64,000 nt of DNA from the NCBI GenBank assembly GCA_002774875.1, contig PCYM01000001.1:1096-65095 (forward strand), given 5' to 3'. The translations under genes and the position numbers were made by a program. This DNA is from Candidatus Uhrbacteria bacterium CG10_big_fil_rev_8_21_14_0_10_50_16 (lineage in GTDB: Bacteria > Patescibacteriota > Patescibacteriia > UBA9934 > UBA11717). Shown here in pieces: positions 52,641 through 62,262 of the stretch (position 1 is its first letter; each line of letters opens with the position of its first letter). Under the pieces are notes generated by a model. The model was not told the DNA's origin and ran no database searches. It saw nothing but the letters and a program-made list of their open reading frames with translations.

Positions 52641-52790
52641 ATCGCAACCGTGGCAATCGATGCGAACAACTGTTTCTGACATCTCTTCCTCCTTCGATCC
52701 CACTATTTTGGGGGATTCAGAGCTTGTTTGGCGTGCTAATTTTTTCAAGAATATAGCCTTTTGTCAATGCATGAGCTTTGTGACCGGAGC

Positions 52791-52823
52791 TTCATTGTTT
52801 CTTCATCAATTCTCCGCTACACT
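52791..52823 (+). promoter_or_regulatory. OmpR-type direct-repeat box plus -10
   Basis: TTCAT-N6-TTCAT-N11-TACACT. Confidence 0.65.
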
Positions 52824-52831
52824 CACACGGT

Positions 52832-53506
52832 ATGAAACTCTTAGTGGTGGAAGACGAACCAAAACTCAATAAAGGCCTAGTAACGGGTCTGCAGGCGCGG
52901 GGATATACCGTAGAATCGGCGATGGACGGCGTGGAGGGCGAGCAACTCGCGCGTGTGGAGGGGTATGATCTTATTGTGTTAGACGTCATGCTGCCCGGTC
53001 GCGATGGGTTAGAGGTGTGCAGAAATCTCCGCGGGTACGGCATCCAAACGCCTATTTTATTCCTTACGGCACGTGACACAGTACCAGATAAGGTGGCGGG
53101 ATTGGATTTGGGAGGAGACGACTACTTAGCAAAACCTTTTGCGTTTGAAGAGTTACTGGCGCGTGTTCGCACCTTGCTACGTCGACCCAAGCAAGCCACA
53201 CAGGACGTGCTTGTGTTGGAAGATTTACAGGTCGACACACGATCACAAAAAGTGCGCATTAAAGACAAGGAGATCGACCTTACGCTGCGCGAGTACGGTG
53301 TGTTGGAATATCTCCTGCGTAATAAGGGGTTGGTGGTCACGCGTGAAGACATTTTGTCGCATGTGTGGGATCGTTTCTTCGATTCATTTAGTAACGTGGT
53401 AGACGTCCATGTTAAAAACCTTCGCAAAAAATTACCAAAAGCGTATGCAAAACGGATTGAAACCGTTTGGGGAAAGGGGTATCGGATTGCTGAGCCCGCT
53501 GTTTAG
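52832..53506 (+). CDS. OmpR/PhoB-family response regulator
   Basis: VVEDE, LDVMLP, DDYLAKPF, NVVDVHVKNLRKK, TVWGKGY. Confidence 0.96.
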   Translation: MKLLVVEDEPKLNKGLVTGLQARGYTVESAMDGVEGEQLARVEGYDLIVLDVMLPGRDGLEVCRNLRGYGIQTPILFLTARDTVPDKVAGLDLGGDDYLAKPFAFEELLARVRTLLRRPKQATQDVLVLEDLQVDTRSQKVRIKDKEIDLTLREYGVLEYLLRNKGLVVTREDILSHVWDRFFDSFSNVVDVHVKNLRKKLPKAYAKRIETVWGKGYRIAEPAV

Positions 53507-54494
53507 CCGCGCGCGGTTTGCGCTCACGGCGGTCTACGTCCTTATTTTGGCGGTGATTCTGTTGATCTCCGGTGGGCTGAGCCGGTCTATTTTTTCTGGT
53601 CGCCTGCAACAGCGGTTTGCCATAGAGGGAGAACAAGTAGAAGTGGTTGTGCAACGTCGCCTACCACCTACGCCTAATTACCGGATGATTCAATCGGATT
53701 TTCAGGACACGATTGTGCTGGTCAACGGCATTTTACTGTTGTTAGCGGGCTTGTTGAGTTACGGGTTAGCAGGGATCACACTCCGACCAATCCAAGAGGC
53801 ATATGACAAACAAAAACAGTTTGTGAGTGATGCGTCGCATGAGCTGCGTACACCGCTGGCGATTCTCAAGGTTGAGTTGGAGAATCAACGAACACAAAAG
53901 CACTCGACGGATGTATACGCTGTTATTGACAGCCACTTGGAGGAGGTGGATCGCATGACACGCCTTGTGGATGATCTTCTCCGACTTTCAAAGATGCAAG
54001 AGATGGATACAGAATCGCTCAAACAGGAAGAGGTTGCGCTTGCACCGTTGCTCGCTAAGGCTGTATCGCGCCTTTTGCCACTTGCGCGCGAAAAATCCAT
54101 CCAGCTAGCGTTTGATGAGGGCGCCGATACGTCGCTCGTTGTGTTGGGAGACGAGGCGGGACTCATGCAGGTGTTCACAAATATTATCAAAAATGCGATT
54201 GCCTATAATGCAAACGAGGGAAGTGTGACGGTGCGACTCGTGCAAGAGAAACAATCCTGCGTGGTAGAAGTGTGTGACACGGGATTGGGAATGAACAAGC
54301 GAGAGGTAGCGCATGTGTTTGATCGATTTTATCGAACTGAGAAGAGTCGATCGCGTAAAACGGGCGGAAGCGGCCTTGGGATGGCTATTGCACGTGGAAC
54401 GATTTTAGCTCATGGCGGGCGGATAGAAGTACAAAGTAAACCTCAAATAGGAACCACGGTTCGCGTGTCTCTACCTATCCACAGGACTTCATAA
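53445..54494 (+). CDS. Sensor histidine kinase
   Basis: DASHELRTPL, NAIAY, DTG.G, FDRFYR, GSGLG; start uncertain. Confidence 0.93.
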   Translation: MQNGLKPFGERGIGLLSPLFSRARFALTAVYVLILAVILLISGGLSRSIFSGRLQQRFAIEGEQVEVVVQRRLPPTPNYRMIQSDFQDTIVLVNGILLLLAGLLSYGLAGITLRPIQEAYDKQKQFVSDASHELRTPLAILKVELENQRTQKHSTDVYAVIDSHLEEVDRMTRLVDDLLRLSKMQEMDTESLKQEEVALAPLLAKAVSRLLPLAREKSIQLAFDEGADTSLVVLGDEAGLMQVFTNIIKNAIAYNANEGSVTVRLVQEKQSCVVEVCDTGLGMNKREVAHVFDRFYRTEKSRSRKTGGSGLGMAIARGTILAHGGRIEVQSKPQIGTTVRVSLPIHRTS

Positions 54495-54520
54495 TTTCTT
54501 CATGGGAGATTGGATAGAGT
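54488..54520 (+). promoter_or_regulatory. Second OmpR-type direct-repeat box plus -10
   Basis: TTCAT-N6-TTCAT-N11-TAGAGT. Confidence 0.65.
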
Positions 54521-54662
54521 TGTAAGTGAGGAATACGTCGACAGTGTGCAGAACACGGACGGTGCACGGATTGGTTTTTGCGGAGAACGTACGCTCTGCT
54601 TCTCACCCTGCTTGTGCACACCTCTGCAGATGACATGTCACCCTAATTCTTGATCATCGATT

Positions 54663-55169
54663 ATGAAGCAAAAAAATGCGTTATTTATGGCAGCGGCGTT
54701 GGTGGCAGTCATGGGTATGGGCACCATTGGTGTCGCATCTACGTTCGCTGCTGCGCCTCTGGATTCGGCAAATCGGTTTGCCGGACTTCAAGAGGCAATC
54801 GCACAACGGTTTCACGTAGATGTAGCCGACGTGCAGCAAGTGTTCCAAGAACAGCATGCCAGGATGCAAGATGAGATGCGCGCACAGTCGCAGGAACGTC
54901 TAGATGCGCTTGTCGCAGATGGCAAACTCACACAGGAGCAAGTTGACGCGCTGCAGGCAAAACATCAGGAGATGGAAGCACTCCAAAAGAGTCTTAAAGA
55001 TGCAACGCCGCAAGAGAGAAAGGATGCTATAGAGAGTCACCGAGAAGATATGAAGGCCTTTGCCGATGAGCTTGGTCTTCCAAACATTCCGTTAGAGGGA
55101 ATGCGAGCCCGTGAAGGACGCGGCGGTATGGGACGTCCGCATCAATTCAAGGCTCCGATCAACAACTAA
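54663..55169 (+). CDS. Secreted helical protein (LV.DGKLTQEQ.D motif)
   Basis: Signal peptide, Gln/Glu/Met-rich helices, Gly/Arg-rich tail. Confidence 0.75.
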   Translation: MKQKNALFMAAALVAVMGMGTIGVASTFAAAPLDSANRFAGLQEAIAQRFHVDVADVQQVFQEQHARMQDEMRAQSQERLDALVADGKLTQEQVDALQAKHQEMEALQKSLKDATPQERKDAIESHREDMKAFADELGLPNIPLEGMRAREGRGGMGRPHQFKAPINN

Positions 55170-55299
55170 TCAATCATTTATGTATCGCACACAAGAGCCA
55201 CGAGGTTCTTGTGTGTTTGTTTTTCGTGCACAGGTTTGTCTTTACCGGACACGTTGAAGTTGATAGCATGAGCTTATAGAAATATTGTAATGAGAGTCT

Positions 55300-55740
55300 A
55301 TGCATATTCGATTCCAAAATGGGCTTACATTACTCGAAATTTTTCTCGTTGTTGTAGCAATAGGCATTATAGTTGGAATTGTGATTCTGGCCATTAACCC
55401 GGAAAAACAATTAAGTGATACACGAAATACTCAACGCCGCACCGATGTGAGCACGATTGCTAACGCAGTGTATCAGTATTCCCTTGAACACGAAGGTTCA
55501 TTGCCAAAAAACATTACAACTACAGCAACAGAGATTTGTGCAAAAGGCCGAGATTGTACGGATTTGATAGATTTAAGTGCGTTGACTTTACGAGAGGAAT
55601 ATCTAATCTCTATACCTGAGGAGCCGCAGAAGACGAATCCTAATGGAGCGGGATATATGATGAGTAAGATTGATACTGGGAGAATCACCGTCGAAGCACA
55701 ATTTACAGAGCAGGATGCAGTGATCAGTGTCACGCGATAG
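55300..55740 (+). CDS. Type IV pilin-like protein
   Basis: G-LTLLE prepilin site; AINP..Q....RN.QR..DV. Confidence 0.88.
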   Translation: MHIRFQNGLTLLEIFLVVVAIGIIVGIVILAINPEKQLSDTRNTQRRTDVSTIANAVYQYSLEHEGSLPKNITTTATEICAKGRDCTDLIDLSALTLREEYLISIPEEPQKTNPNGAGYMMSKIDTGRITVEAQFTEQDAVISVTR

Positions 55741-55745
55741 CCTGT

Positions 55746-56344
55746 ACGTCTCTTGAGTCATCGCCTTCGCAAGAGGGGATACAAAAACAAGAAAAACGAT
55801 CCGAGTTTTACAGGCAAGCTGAGGACTCGGTCAATTTGCTTTGTTCGGTATCGGAGGACGTAGCACAGATTGTTCCGACAGCGCTCGCAGCAATAGAGAA
55901 GACGGCTGATAGGATTGACCGAGAGATTTTACCTAAGTCGGTTATTGAGGAAACAAAACAGGCGATGCAGGCCTGCGGGACCATCCAAGATCGTGAGGAG
56001 CTGGCACGGGCGCCTATGTTTTTAATCGTCTCATGACCTACGGGCGGAGCGGACCAGAAATTCATCTACATGCATCTCAAGGTAAAACCGTAGAGAATAA
56101 GCTTTCTCTCTATCGGGATGAGATGCGAAAGCTTGCTCAAATTGTTGATAAAGACCCGGAGGTACGGATCGTTTCGGCGACCTCTGCATTAGTAGCAGAA
56201 CATCCTGGGCTCTTTGTCCGCGCAGGGTTTACGTTGGAAGATGTTTTGAAGGAAATACGAACTGCCTATTTTGACGATCAGACACGAGCCATAAAACGCG
56301 CCGTGATTGATCGAAAAACGTTATTAGATAAATGGCTACAATAA
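55746..56344 (+). pseudogene. Probable frameshifted hypothetical gene
   Basis: Frame open from ACG 55746 (SLESSPSQE...); apparent shift near the T run at about 56020 into the 56033-56344 frame. Confidence 0.5.
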
Positions 56345-56395
56345 TAATCGCATGCAGAAGCGTTTCTTTTTTGTTTGGTGTGATAAGATAGGGGC

Positions 56396-58231
56396 ATGGA
56401 ACCCAAAGAAGAAATTCGAGAACGGTTGGACGTGGTGGACGTGGTAGGGGAGTATCTCACGCTCAAAGGCGCCGGACAGGGCAGTTTTAAGGCGTGCTGC
56501 CCGTTCCATGGAGAAAAGACCCCGTCGTTTTATGTGAATCGTCAAAAGCAAATTTGGCATTGTTTTGGGTGTGACAAAGGAGGCGACAGTTTTGCGTTTA
56601 TTATGGAAATGGAGGGCGTGGAATTTCCTGAGGCGTTGCGCATCTTGGCACAAAAAGCGGGTGTAGAACTGCCGGTGTATGAGCGTAAAGACGCAGACAA
56701 GACCACACGGTTGCAATCTATTAACCTCTTTGCACAAAGAGTGTTTCAAAAATATTTGACGTCTGAGAGTGGGGAAGAGACACGAGCGTATTTGCAGAAT
56801 CGAGGAATTAATACGGGGTTAGTGGAAAAATTTGGATTGGGATATGCTCCAAAAAGTTGGGATGCATTAGTGTCGCTTGCCGGGCAAAAAGATATTGGTG
56901 TGGATGAGTTGATCGACGCGGGCGTGGCGTTGCGGTCTAAGGGCGGGACGGGGAATGTGATTGATCGATTTAGAAATCGTCTCATGATTCCCTTACGTGA
57001 TCATCACGGTAACACGGTCGGATTTACGGGGCGCGTGTTGGATCTTGCGGACTCGCCCAAGTACATGAACTCGCCACAGACGCCGATTTATGACAAAAGC
57101 GCCCTGATGTTTGGATTGGATGTTGCAAAGACGGCAATTAAGGTGGAACGGGCGGTCGTGATTGTAGAAGGCAACCTGGACGTGGTTGCTTCGCACAAAG
57201 CGGGGGTGGAGAACGTGGTTGCAAGTTCTGGTACAGCGCTCACGGAACGACATATTGGATTGCTCAAACGCTATACAACGACGCTTATTTTTTCCTTTGA
57301 CGCAGACGCGGCAGGATTTGAGGCAGCACGACGGGGGATGCGTCTGGCGAGCTCACTTGGGTGTGACGTGCGTGTGGCTATGATCCCGGAGGGCATGGGC
57401 AAGGATCCGGATGATTTGGTGCAAAAAGATCCCGCCCAATGGCAGCAGGTGGTGCAGAACCATATCGACAAGATGCAATTTTTGTTTCAACGACTCGTGG
57501 CCAATATCGATCTTCACTCTGTGCAGGCTAAAAAGGACGCAGGAAAAGCGTTCTTGCCAGAGATTGCTGCAATTGCCGATCGAATTGAACGGGAACATTG
57601 GATGAAGCGATTTGCAGAAACAGTAGATGTTCCGCTTGCCACAGTACGGGAAATGGTTGCCTCGCAAAGTCAAAAAAAAGTAGAAACAGGTGCCGTGCGC
57701 ACAATCAGTATTCCTGTAAGTAAACCTGCTTCACGTCATCGTGAGCAAGCCTACCCTGTGATAGAGGGCGTGGCTGCAACCAGTATCTCAGATAAAACCA
57801 TGGAACTCCTGTTTTCCTTGGCATTAGCGGACCGAGAGAGCCTCAAACAGCTTGTAGAAGGCCTTTCGGAGGACACGTTGAGCCTTTCCCCTTATAAGGC
57901 TCTTTACGTGCAGCTCGTTTTAGTCTATACTACGGGCAATCTGTCGCCTGAGAAATCACTCTTTGAAGTGATCCGTGCACGATTGGCTACGCAAGAACCC
58001 GACCTGATTCCCTTTGTGGACAGGATTGCCCTTGCCTACGACCACTACGTTGGAACGGAATCCTCCTCACAAAGCGACATGGCAACCTTGCAAGACCTGA
58101 TCTCCCAGGTAAAAGACCGCTCAAAACGTGAACAACGAGCCTCTGTTTTGGCAGAGCTCAAGCGTGCCGAGCACGCACAAGATCCTGCGCAGATTCAAGA
58201 ATTAACGCGCCGGTATCAATCTTTGTTGTAA
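56396..58231 (+). CDS. dnaG: DNA primase
   Basis: [42 protein letters not shown]. Confidence 0.98.
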   Translation: MEPKEEIRERLDVVDVVGEYLTLKGAGQGSFKACCPFHGEKTPSFYVNRQKQIWHCFGCDKGGDSFAFIMEMEGVEFPEALRILAQKAGVELPVYERKDADKTTRLQSINLFAQRVFQKYLTSESGEETRAYLQNRGINTGLVEKFGLGYAPKSWDALVSLAGQKDIGVDELIDAGVALRSKGGTGNVIDRFRNRLMIPLRDHHGNTVGFTGRVLDLADSPKYMNSPQTPIYDKSALMFGLDVAKTAIKVERAVVIVEGNLDVVASHKAGVENVVASSGTALTERHIGLLKRYTTTLIFSFDADAAGFEAARRGMRLASSLGCDVRVAMIPEGMGKDPDDLVQKDPAQWQQVVQNHIDKMQFLFQRLVANIDLHSVQAKKDAGKAFLPEIAAIADRIEREHWMKRFAETVDVPLATVREMVASQSQKKVETGAVRTISIPVSKPASRHREQAYPVIEGVAATSISDKTMELLFSLALADRESLKQLVEGLSEDTLSLSPYKALYVQLVLVYTTGNLSPEKSLFEVIRARLATQEPDLIPFVDRIALAYDHYVGTESSSQSDMATLQDLISQVKDRSKREQRASVLAELKRAEHAQDPAQIQELTRRYQSLL

Positions 58232-58245
58232 TTGACTCCCCCCAC

Positions 58246-59571
58246 ATGCCCGCAAAGAAACCACCAGCCAAGGCTGGCAAACCTGTGGTACGCCCTAAAA
58301 AGGCTGCTACGGCAAAATCGACGGCAAAAAAGCCTGTCAAAAAACCTGTTGTAAAGAAGACCGTTGCTAGAAGGGTCACTTCGGCTGCCAAAAAACCGGT
58401 TGCAAAAAAATCCGCTTCTAAAGCGTCTCCCAAGACAATAGTGCGAAAAGCTCCTGTTAAGCGCGAGCGCTATGTGCGATCAGAACCTCCTCTCCCGGAG
58501 AAACTTTTGCATTTGCTTAAAAAAGGTCAGACACGTGGTTTTATTACGGAGACAGAGATTCTCTACACCTTCCCAGACGTTGAGGATTACGTGGAAATGT
58601 ACGAAAACTTTTTAGATGAAATGGACACATGGGGATTGACCCTTGTGGAGGTGAAGGAGGGATTGTTGGGAAAGACGTCCGCACACTCAGACGCCATGGA
58701 GAAATTGCGCGTCAACGTGGACAAAAAACAACCAAGTTACGCCGAGCTCACACAAGACAATATTCAAATGTACTTGCGCGAGATCGGGAAAATTCCGTTA
58801 CTCACGGCTGAGGAAGAGGTAGCGCTGGCAAAACGTAAGGAGCGCAACGACAAAGAGGCAGAGCGACGATTGATTGAGGCAAACTTGCGTTTGGTGGTGA
58901 GTATCGCGAAGAAATTCGCAGGCAAGAGTCTAACGTTGTTGGACCTCATTCAAGAGGGGAATATTGGATTGTTCCGTGCGGTGAAAAAGTTTGAATATCG
59001 TAAGGGGTACAAGTTCTCCACGTACGCCACGTGGTGGATTCGACAAGCCATTACGCGTGCGCTTGCGGACCAGTCACGAACCATCCGTATTCCGGTGCAC
59101 ATGGTGGAGACCATTAACCGGTTCCAGCAGATTTCTCGTCGACTTTTGCAGGATTTGGGACGTGATCCCTTGCCGGAGGAGCTGGCTGCCGAGATGGATC
59201 AACCGTTGGACAAGGTGCGTCACATCATGAAGATCTCGCAGGAGACGGTTTCCTTGGAAACGTCCGTGGGAGATGATGATGAGGATTCCACGTTGGAAGA
59301 CTTTATTGAAGATAAAAAGAATATTTCGCCTCAAAAGGCTGCAGCACGGGAGATGTTGCGCATGTATGTGGCCGAGGCCATGGCGGGTCTGACACCACGC
59401 GAGCACAAGATTTTGGAGATGCGATTTGGACTGGGCGATGGCGTGAGTCACACGTTGGAGGAGGTGGGAAAAGAGTTCGACGTGACGCGTGAGCGTATTC
59501 GTCAGATTGAGGCAAAGGCGCTGGATAAAATCCAATCGCAGCAGATTATTGAACGGTTGCGAGACTACTAA
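58246..59571 (+). CDS. rpoD: Primary sigma factor
   Basis: [50 protein letters not shown]. Confidence 0.97.
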   Translation: MPAKKPPAKAGKPVVRPKKAATAKSTAKKPVKKPVVKKTVARRVTSAAKKPVAKKSASKASPKTIVRKAPVKRERYVRSEPPLPEKLLHLLKKGQTRGFITETEILYTFPDVEDYVEMYENFLDEMDTWGLTLVEVKEGLLGKTSAHSDAMEKLRVNVDKKQPSYAELTQDNIQMYLREIGKIPLLTAEEEVALAKRKERNDKEAERRLIEANLRLVVSIAKKFAGKSLTLLDLIQEGNIGLFRAVKKFEYRKGYKFSTYATWWIRQAITRALADQSRTIRIPVHMVETINRFQQISRRLLQDLGRDPLPEELAAEMDQPLDKVRHIMKISQETVSLETSVGDDDEDSTLEDFIEDKKNISPQKAAAREMLRMYVAEAMAGLTPREHKILEMRFGLGDGVSHTLEEVGKEFDVTRERIRQIEAKALDKIQSQQIIERLRDY

Positions 59572-59574
59572 AGA

Positions 59575-59604
59575 CAAAGACCGCCCGGTTAAGGGTGGTC
59601 TTTG
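59575..59604. terminator. Bidirectional terminator between rpoD and candidate ncRNA 2
   Basis: CAAAGACCGCCC-GGTTAA-GGGTGGTCTTTG. Confidence 0.8.
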
Positions 59605-59611
59605 GTTTTGA

Positions 59612-59823
59612 GCCTCCACCTGGTTATTTGGCGTAGGGAAGTCGGATAGTGTCTAAAAGACGGTGATGTGCGTCGGACCGGCGAGCGAGAAGTGTCACGT
59701 TTAAGACTCTACCCAGTCGGCAAATACGGCACAACACCTATCGCGGAGCTCACTTGCGGATACCACGGTATCACGCGGCTCTAAGCTCTACGCCACAATG
59801 TCCAAATAATGACAAATGGAGGC
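59612..59823 (-). ncRNA. Candidate structured ncRNA 2 (212 nt, family not recognised)
   Basis: Closing stem GCCUCCAUUUG/CAGGUGGAGGC starts at the predicted +1 of ATGACA-18-TATACT (59830-59859); nested stems. Confidence 0.62.
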
Positions 59824-59890
59824 ACTGGGAGTATACCTGAGGCTGGCCTGGACTGTCATATTTGGCGGGTTTGTGGGGTGTGAGAGAGAC

Positions 59891-59919
59891 TTGTCGAACA
59901 AATCCAAACATGTTATAGT
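59891..59919 (+). promoter_or_regulatory. Promoter of the tRNA-Asn locus
   Basis: TTGTCG-17 nt-TATAGT with extended TG. Confidence 0.65.
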
Positions 59920-59931
59920 CTCGCTGTTCCA

Positions 59932-60046
59932 ACAACATTCCGAGCTCGCTTCCGCCAATGTTCCTTTTGGGCGGACAGGCAGTGGTAGAGCAGTTTCAGC
60001 CGTAGGCTGACCCGCCTATCAAGTTTTATTCAGTGGCGGGGACTGT
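59932..60046 (+). pseudogene. Duplicated 5' half of tRNA-Asn interrupted by short hairpins
   Basis: ACAACATTCCGAG, CAGTGGTAGAGCAGTT and GACTGT blocks identical to 60287-60327. Confidence 0.75.
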
Positions 60047-60057
60047 ACGGATACCGT

Positions 60058-60303
60058 ATGTACACTGTGTATGTTTTGCGAAGTCTTACATCCGGGAAAC
60101 GATATATTGGTTATACGGCAAAGGCTGTTCAAGAAAGACTCTTGGACCACCATAGCGGTACGAATCAATGGACAAGGGCTCACAGACCCTTTGAAATAAT
60201 TCATTGCGAAACGTACCAGGACAAGAAATTCGCCATACAACGTGAACGCTTTTTAAAAAGTGGAAGCGGAAGGCGGTGGTTGGACGACAACATTCCGAGG
60301 TAG
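60058..60303 (+). CDS. Stand-alone GIY-YIG nuclease
   Basis: VYVL.S....YIGYT...RL..H..G...T...P.......A..RE..LKS..GR. Confidence 0.92.
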   Translation: MYTVYVLRSLTSGKRYIGYTAKAVQERLLDHHSGTNQWTRAHRPFEIIHCETYQDKKFAIQRERFLKSGSGRRWLDDNIPR

Positions 60304-60368
60304 CTCAGTGGTAGAGCAGTTGACTGTTAATCAATTGGTCGTGGGTTCGAGCCCCACCCTCGGAGCCA
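60294..60368 (+). tRNA. tRNA-Asn(GTT)
   Basis: TCCGAGG/CCTCGGA acceptor stem, CT-GTT-AA loop, GGTTCGAGCC, encoded CCA. Confidence 0.97.
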
Positions 60369-60465
60369 ACAAAAAGCCTCAGTTTTACTGAGGTTTTTTG
60401 TTTGACGCAACTGGGCTTCAGAACCCGTATGTGATAAAATATTCACGAACCTTTTAATTACTACT

Positions 60466-60936
60466 ATGTCTGAACACCCTGAAAGAGCTCCTGACATTGT
60501 TCGGGAACAAAGTAAGAAGGAACGGTACGAACTCACTTCGGCCAACGGTGAAGTTATCGGATCTGTGGAAGCAGAATATGGGACTATATTGGGTGATGAT
60601 ATCGATTTGACTTATAATGCCCACGCTTTTGACGATCCATCAAATATTGTGAGGTTGCAGCGCCTGACAGTTGAGTCCGCTGATGGAGACAAGGTGGATA
60701 TTTTTGACCTCCTTAAAGCTGATACGAGCAAGGTTTTAATAATCAATGACTATAAATATGTCGAATGTTCTCACGAGGGAGTTGTGTATATAGTCAAGCC
60801 GAGCTCATTATTGCGACTATTGACAACTCTTCATGAACTTGGTCATTTGGAGCAAATAGTTGATGAGAAAACCGCTTCCGCAATAGAGATGCGAAAACTA
60901 AATGCGACGCAAGTAGGGTTGGTGGAGAAGAACGAG
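60466..60936 (+). pseudogene. 5' part (157 codons) of an HExxH zincin-like gene split by cassette insertion
   Basis: TLHELGH; the frame continues at 62535 if 60937-62534 is removed. Confidence 0.85.
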
Positions 60937-61028
60937 TTAGCTGATGTATTCCTTTTCTTTTTTGGGCTATCGCCCAATTGTTTTAAAAAATTTTCAAATT
61001 TCTTTTCGCAGCACATCCCGATAAAAAG

Positions 61029-61074
61029 AAGAGCCGCCCACCAGATGAGCCAGTAGGCGGCTCGTGGTGGACGG
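61029..61074 (-). terminator. Repeated 46-nt terminator-like hairpin, copy 1
   Basis: 42/46 identical to 61782-61827; U-rich tail on the minus strand. Confidence 0.75.
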
Positions 61075-61084
61075 CTAGGTTGGA

Positions 61085-61597
61085 TTAGTCGTCATCCTCG
61101 TTGTATGTGTTGCTCACCGGCATCAACATGAAGCTCTCGAGCCGCGAGAGCTCTTCGTAGGAAGCCTCATCGGTGGGCCACTCCGGATCTTCCTTGCCGG
61201 TACGCAGCCACCGGCTGAGAGTGTGTTCAAGATGGTACAGCATCATGCGCTCACCATCGCCCTTGCAGTTGTACAGGTACCACCGCCAGCCGGTGCTAAA
61301 GACGGACAGAAGCTCCTGCATCTCCAGCAGCCAGTTCATCAGCCGGGTGATGGCCAGGTGGCGCGAAGCGATGTTGTCGTCCAGATCCTGCGCGAGCGAC
61401 TCGACGATGAAATCCGGGGCGTTGCCCTCGCCGGTGATCGTGGGGGTGAAGTCCCACGTGCCCTCGGCGAGCTCGCGCCTCGGGTTGAGAGGCGTGAGCC
61501 GAACGTAGAGATGACTCTCACCTTCCACCAGACCGGCGAAGGCGCTCTTGTCGGGATTGCCGAGCGTGATGACTCGACCACTTTCGATGGCGCTCAT
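61085..61597 (-). CDS. GC-rich orphan protein (cassette module 1)
   Basis: GGAGGTG RBS; promoter TTGACT-17-TATATT at 61675-61703. Confidence 0.8.
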   Translation of the reverse strand: MSAIESGRVITLGNPDKSAFAGLVEGESHLYVRLTPLNPRRELAEGTWDFTPTITGEGNAPDFIVESLAQDLDDNIASRHLAITRLMNWLLEMQELLSVFSTGWRWYLYNCKGDGERMMLYHLEHTLSRWLRTGKEDPEWPTDEASYEELSRLESFMLMPVSNTYNEDDD

Positions 61598-61781
61598 TTA
61601 CACCTCCATGAGGAGACGTGAGTGTTCGGCTGTACCCGCCGTGGGTTGCGTTCCGTAAAAGGAAACGACGCTAAAATATAGTCCATTTTATAAAAGTAGT
61701 CAATAGAAGCTCGCCAAAAAAGGCATTTTTTGCGAATTTATGTACACTTGACGCACGGCGGCGGCGCGACGAAAAGAAATT

Positions 61782-61827
61782 AAGAGCCGCCCACCAGATG
61801 AGCCGGTAGACGACTCGTGGTGGGCGG
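61782..61827 (-). terminator. Repeated 46-nt terminator-like hairpin, copy 2
   Basis: 42/46 identical to 61029-61074. Confidence 0.75.
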
Positions 61828-61842
61828 TACAGATGGAGTGCT

Positions 61843-62262
61843 TCACTCCGCGAGTTCGACACTCCGAACCATGAAGGGACGGGATCCGGTGTAATGCTGT
61901 TCTGCGAGACTCGCCACCTGGCACAGCACGTTGACCCTCGTACCCTCCTGGAGCATCGCACTGGAGGGATCGCTGCCCAGATGCTTCTCGAACCGCGGAG
62001 GGTAGATCGGAGCAGGATCTCGCCAGTAAGTGAGTGCTGCCAGCGAGTCTGGATGATGCGGATGGTGTCGTCTGATGACCGCCTTGACGGTCTCCAGATC
62101 GAGCTCGACGATGATCGTGTATGTCTCCGGAATGGGTTCGAAGATCTGGAAGCCGAAGACCGAGAACCCGGATCTTGCCGGATATGTCTTCACACCGATG
62201 ATCTTCCCAGGGATGGTGACCTTCGAGCCGCTGGCCTGAGGCGCGAATCTTGGGGTCTGCAT
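61843..62262 (-). CDS. GC-rich orphan protein (cassette module 2)
   Basis: AGGAGG RBS before ATG 62262; promoter TTGACT-16-TATATT at 62323-62350. Confidence 0.78.
   Translation of the reverse strand: MQTPRFAPQASGSKVTIPGKIIGVKTYPARSGFSVFGFQIFEPIPETYTIIVELDLETVKAVIRRHHPHHPDSLAALTYWRDPAPIYPPRFEKHLGSDPSSAMLQEGTRVNVLCQVASLAEQHYTGSRPFMVRSVELAE

Noticed and set aside
60937-61056. C-terminus of ORF 60466-61056 (LADVFLFFF...) and similar peptides in ORFs 52389 and 61700
   Set aside because: These are read-through into the non-coding cassette inverted repeat, not a protein motif.
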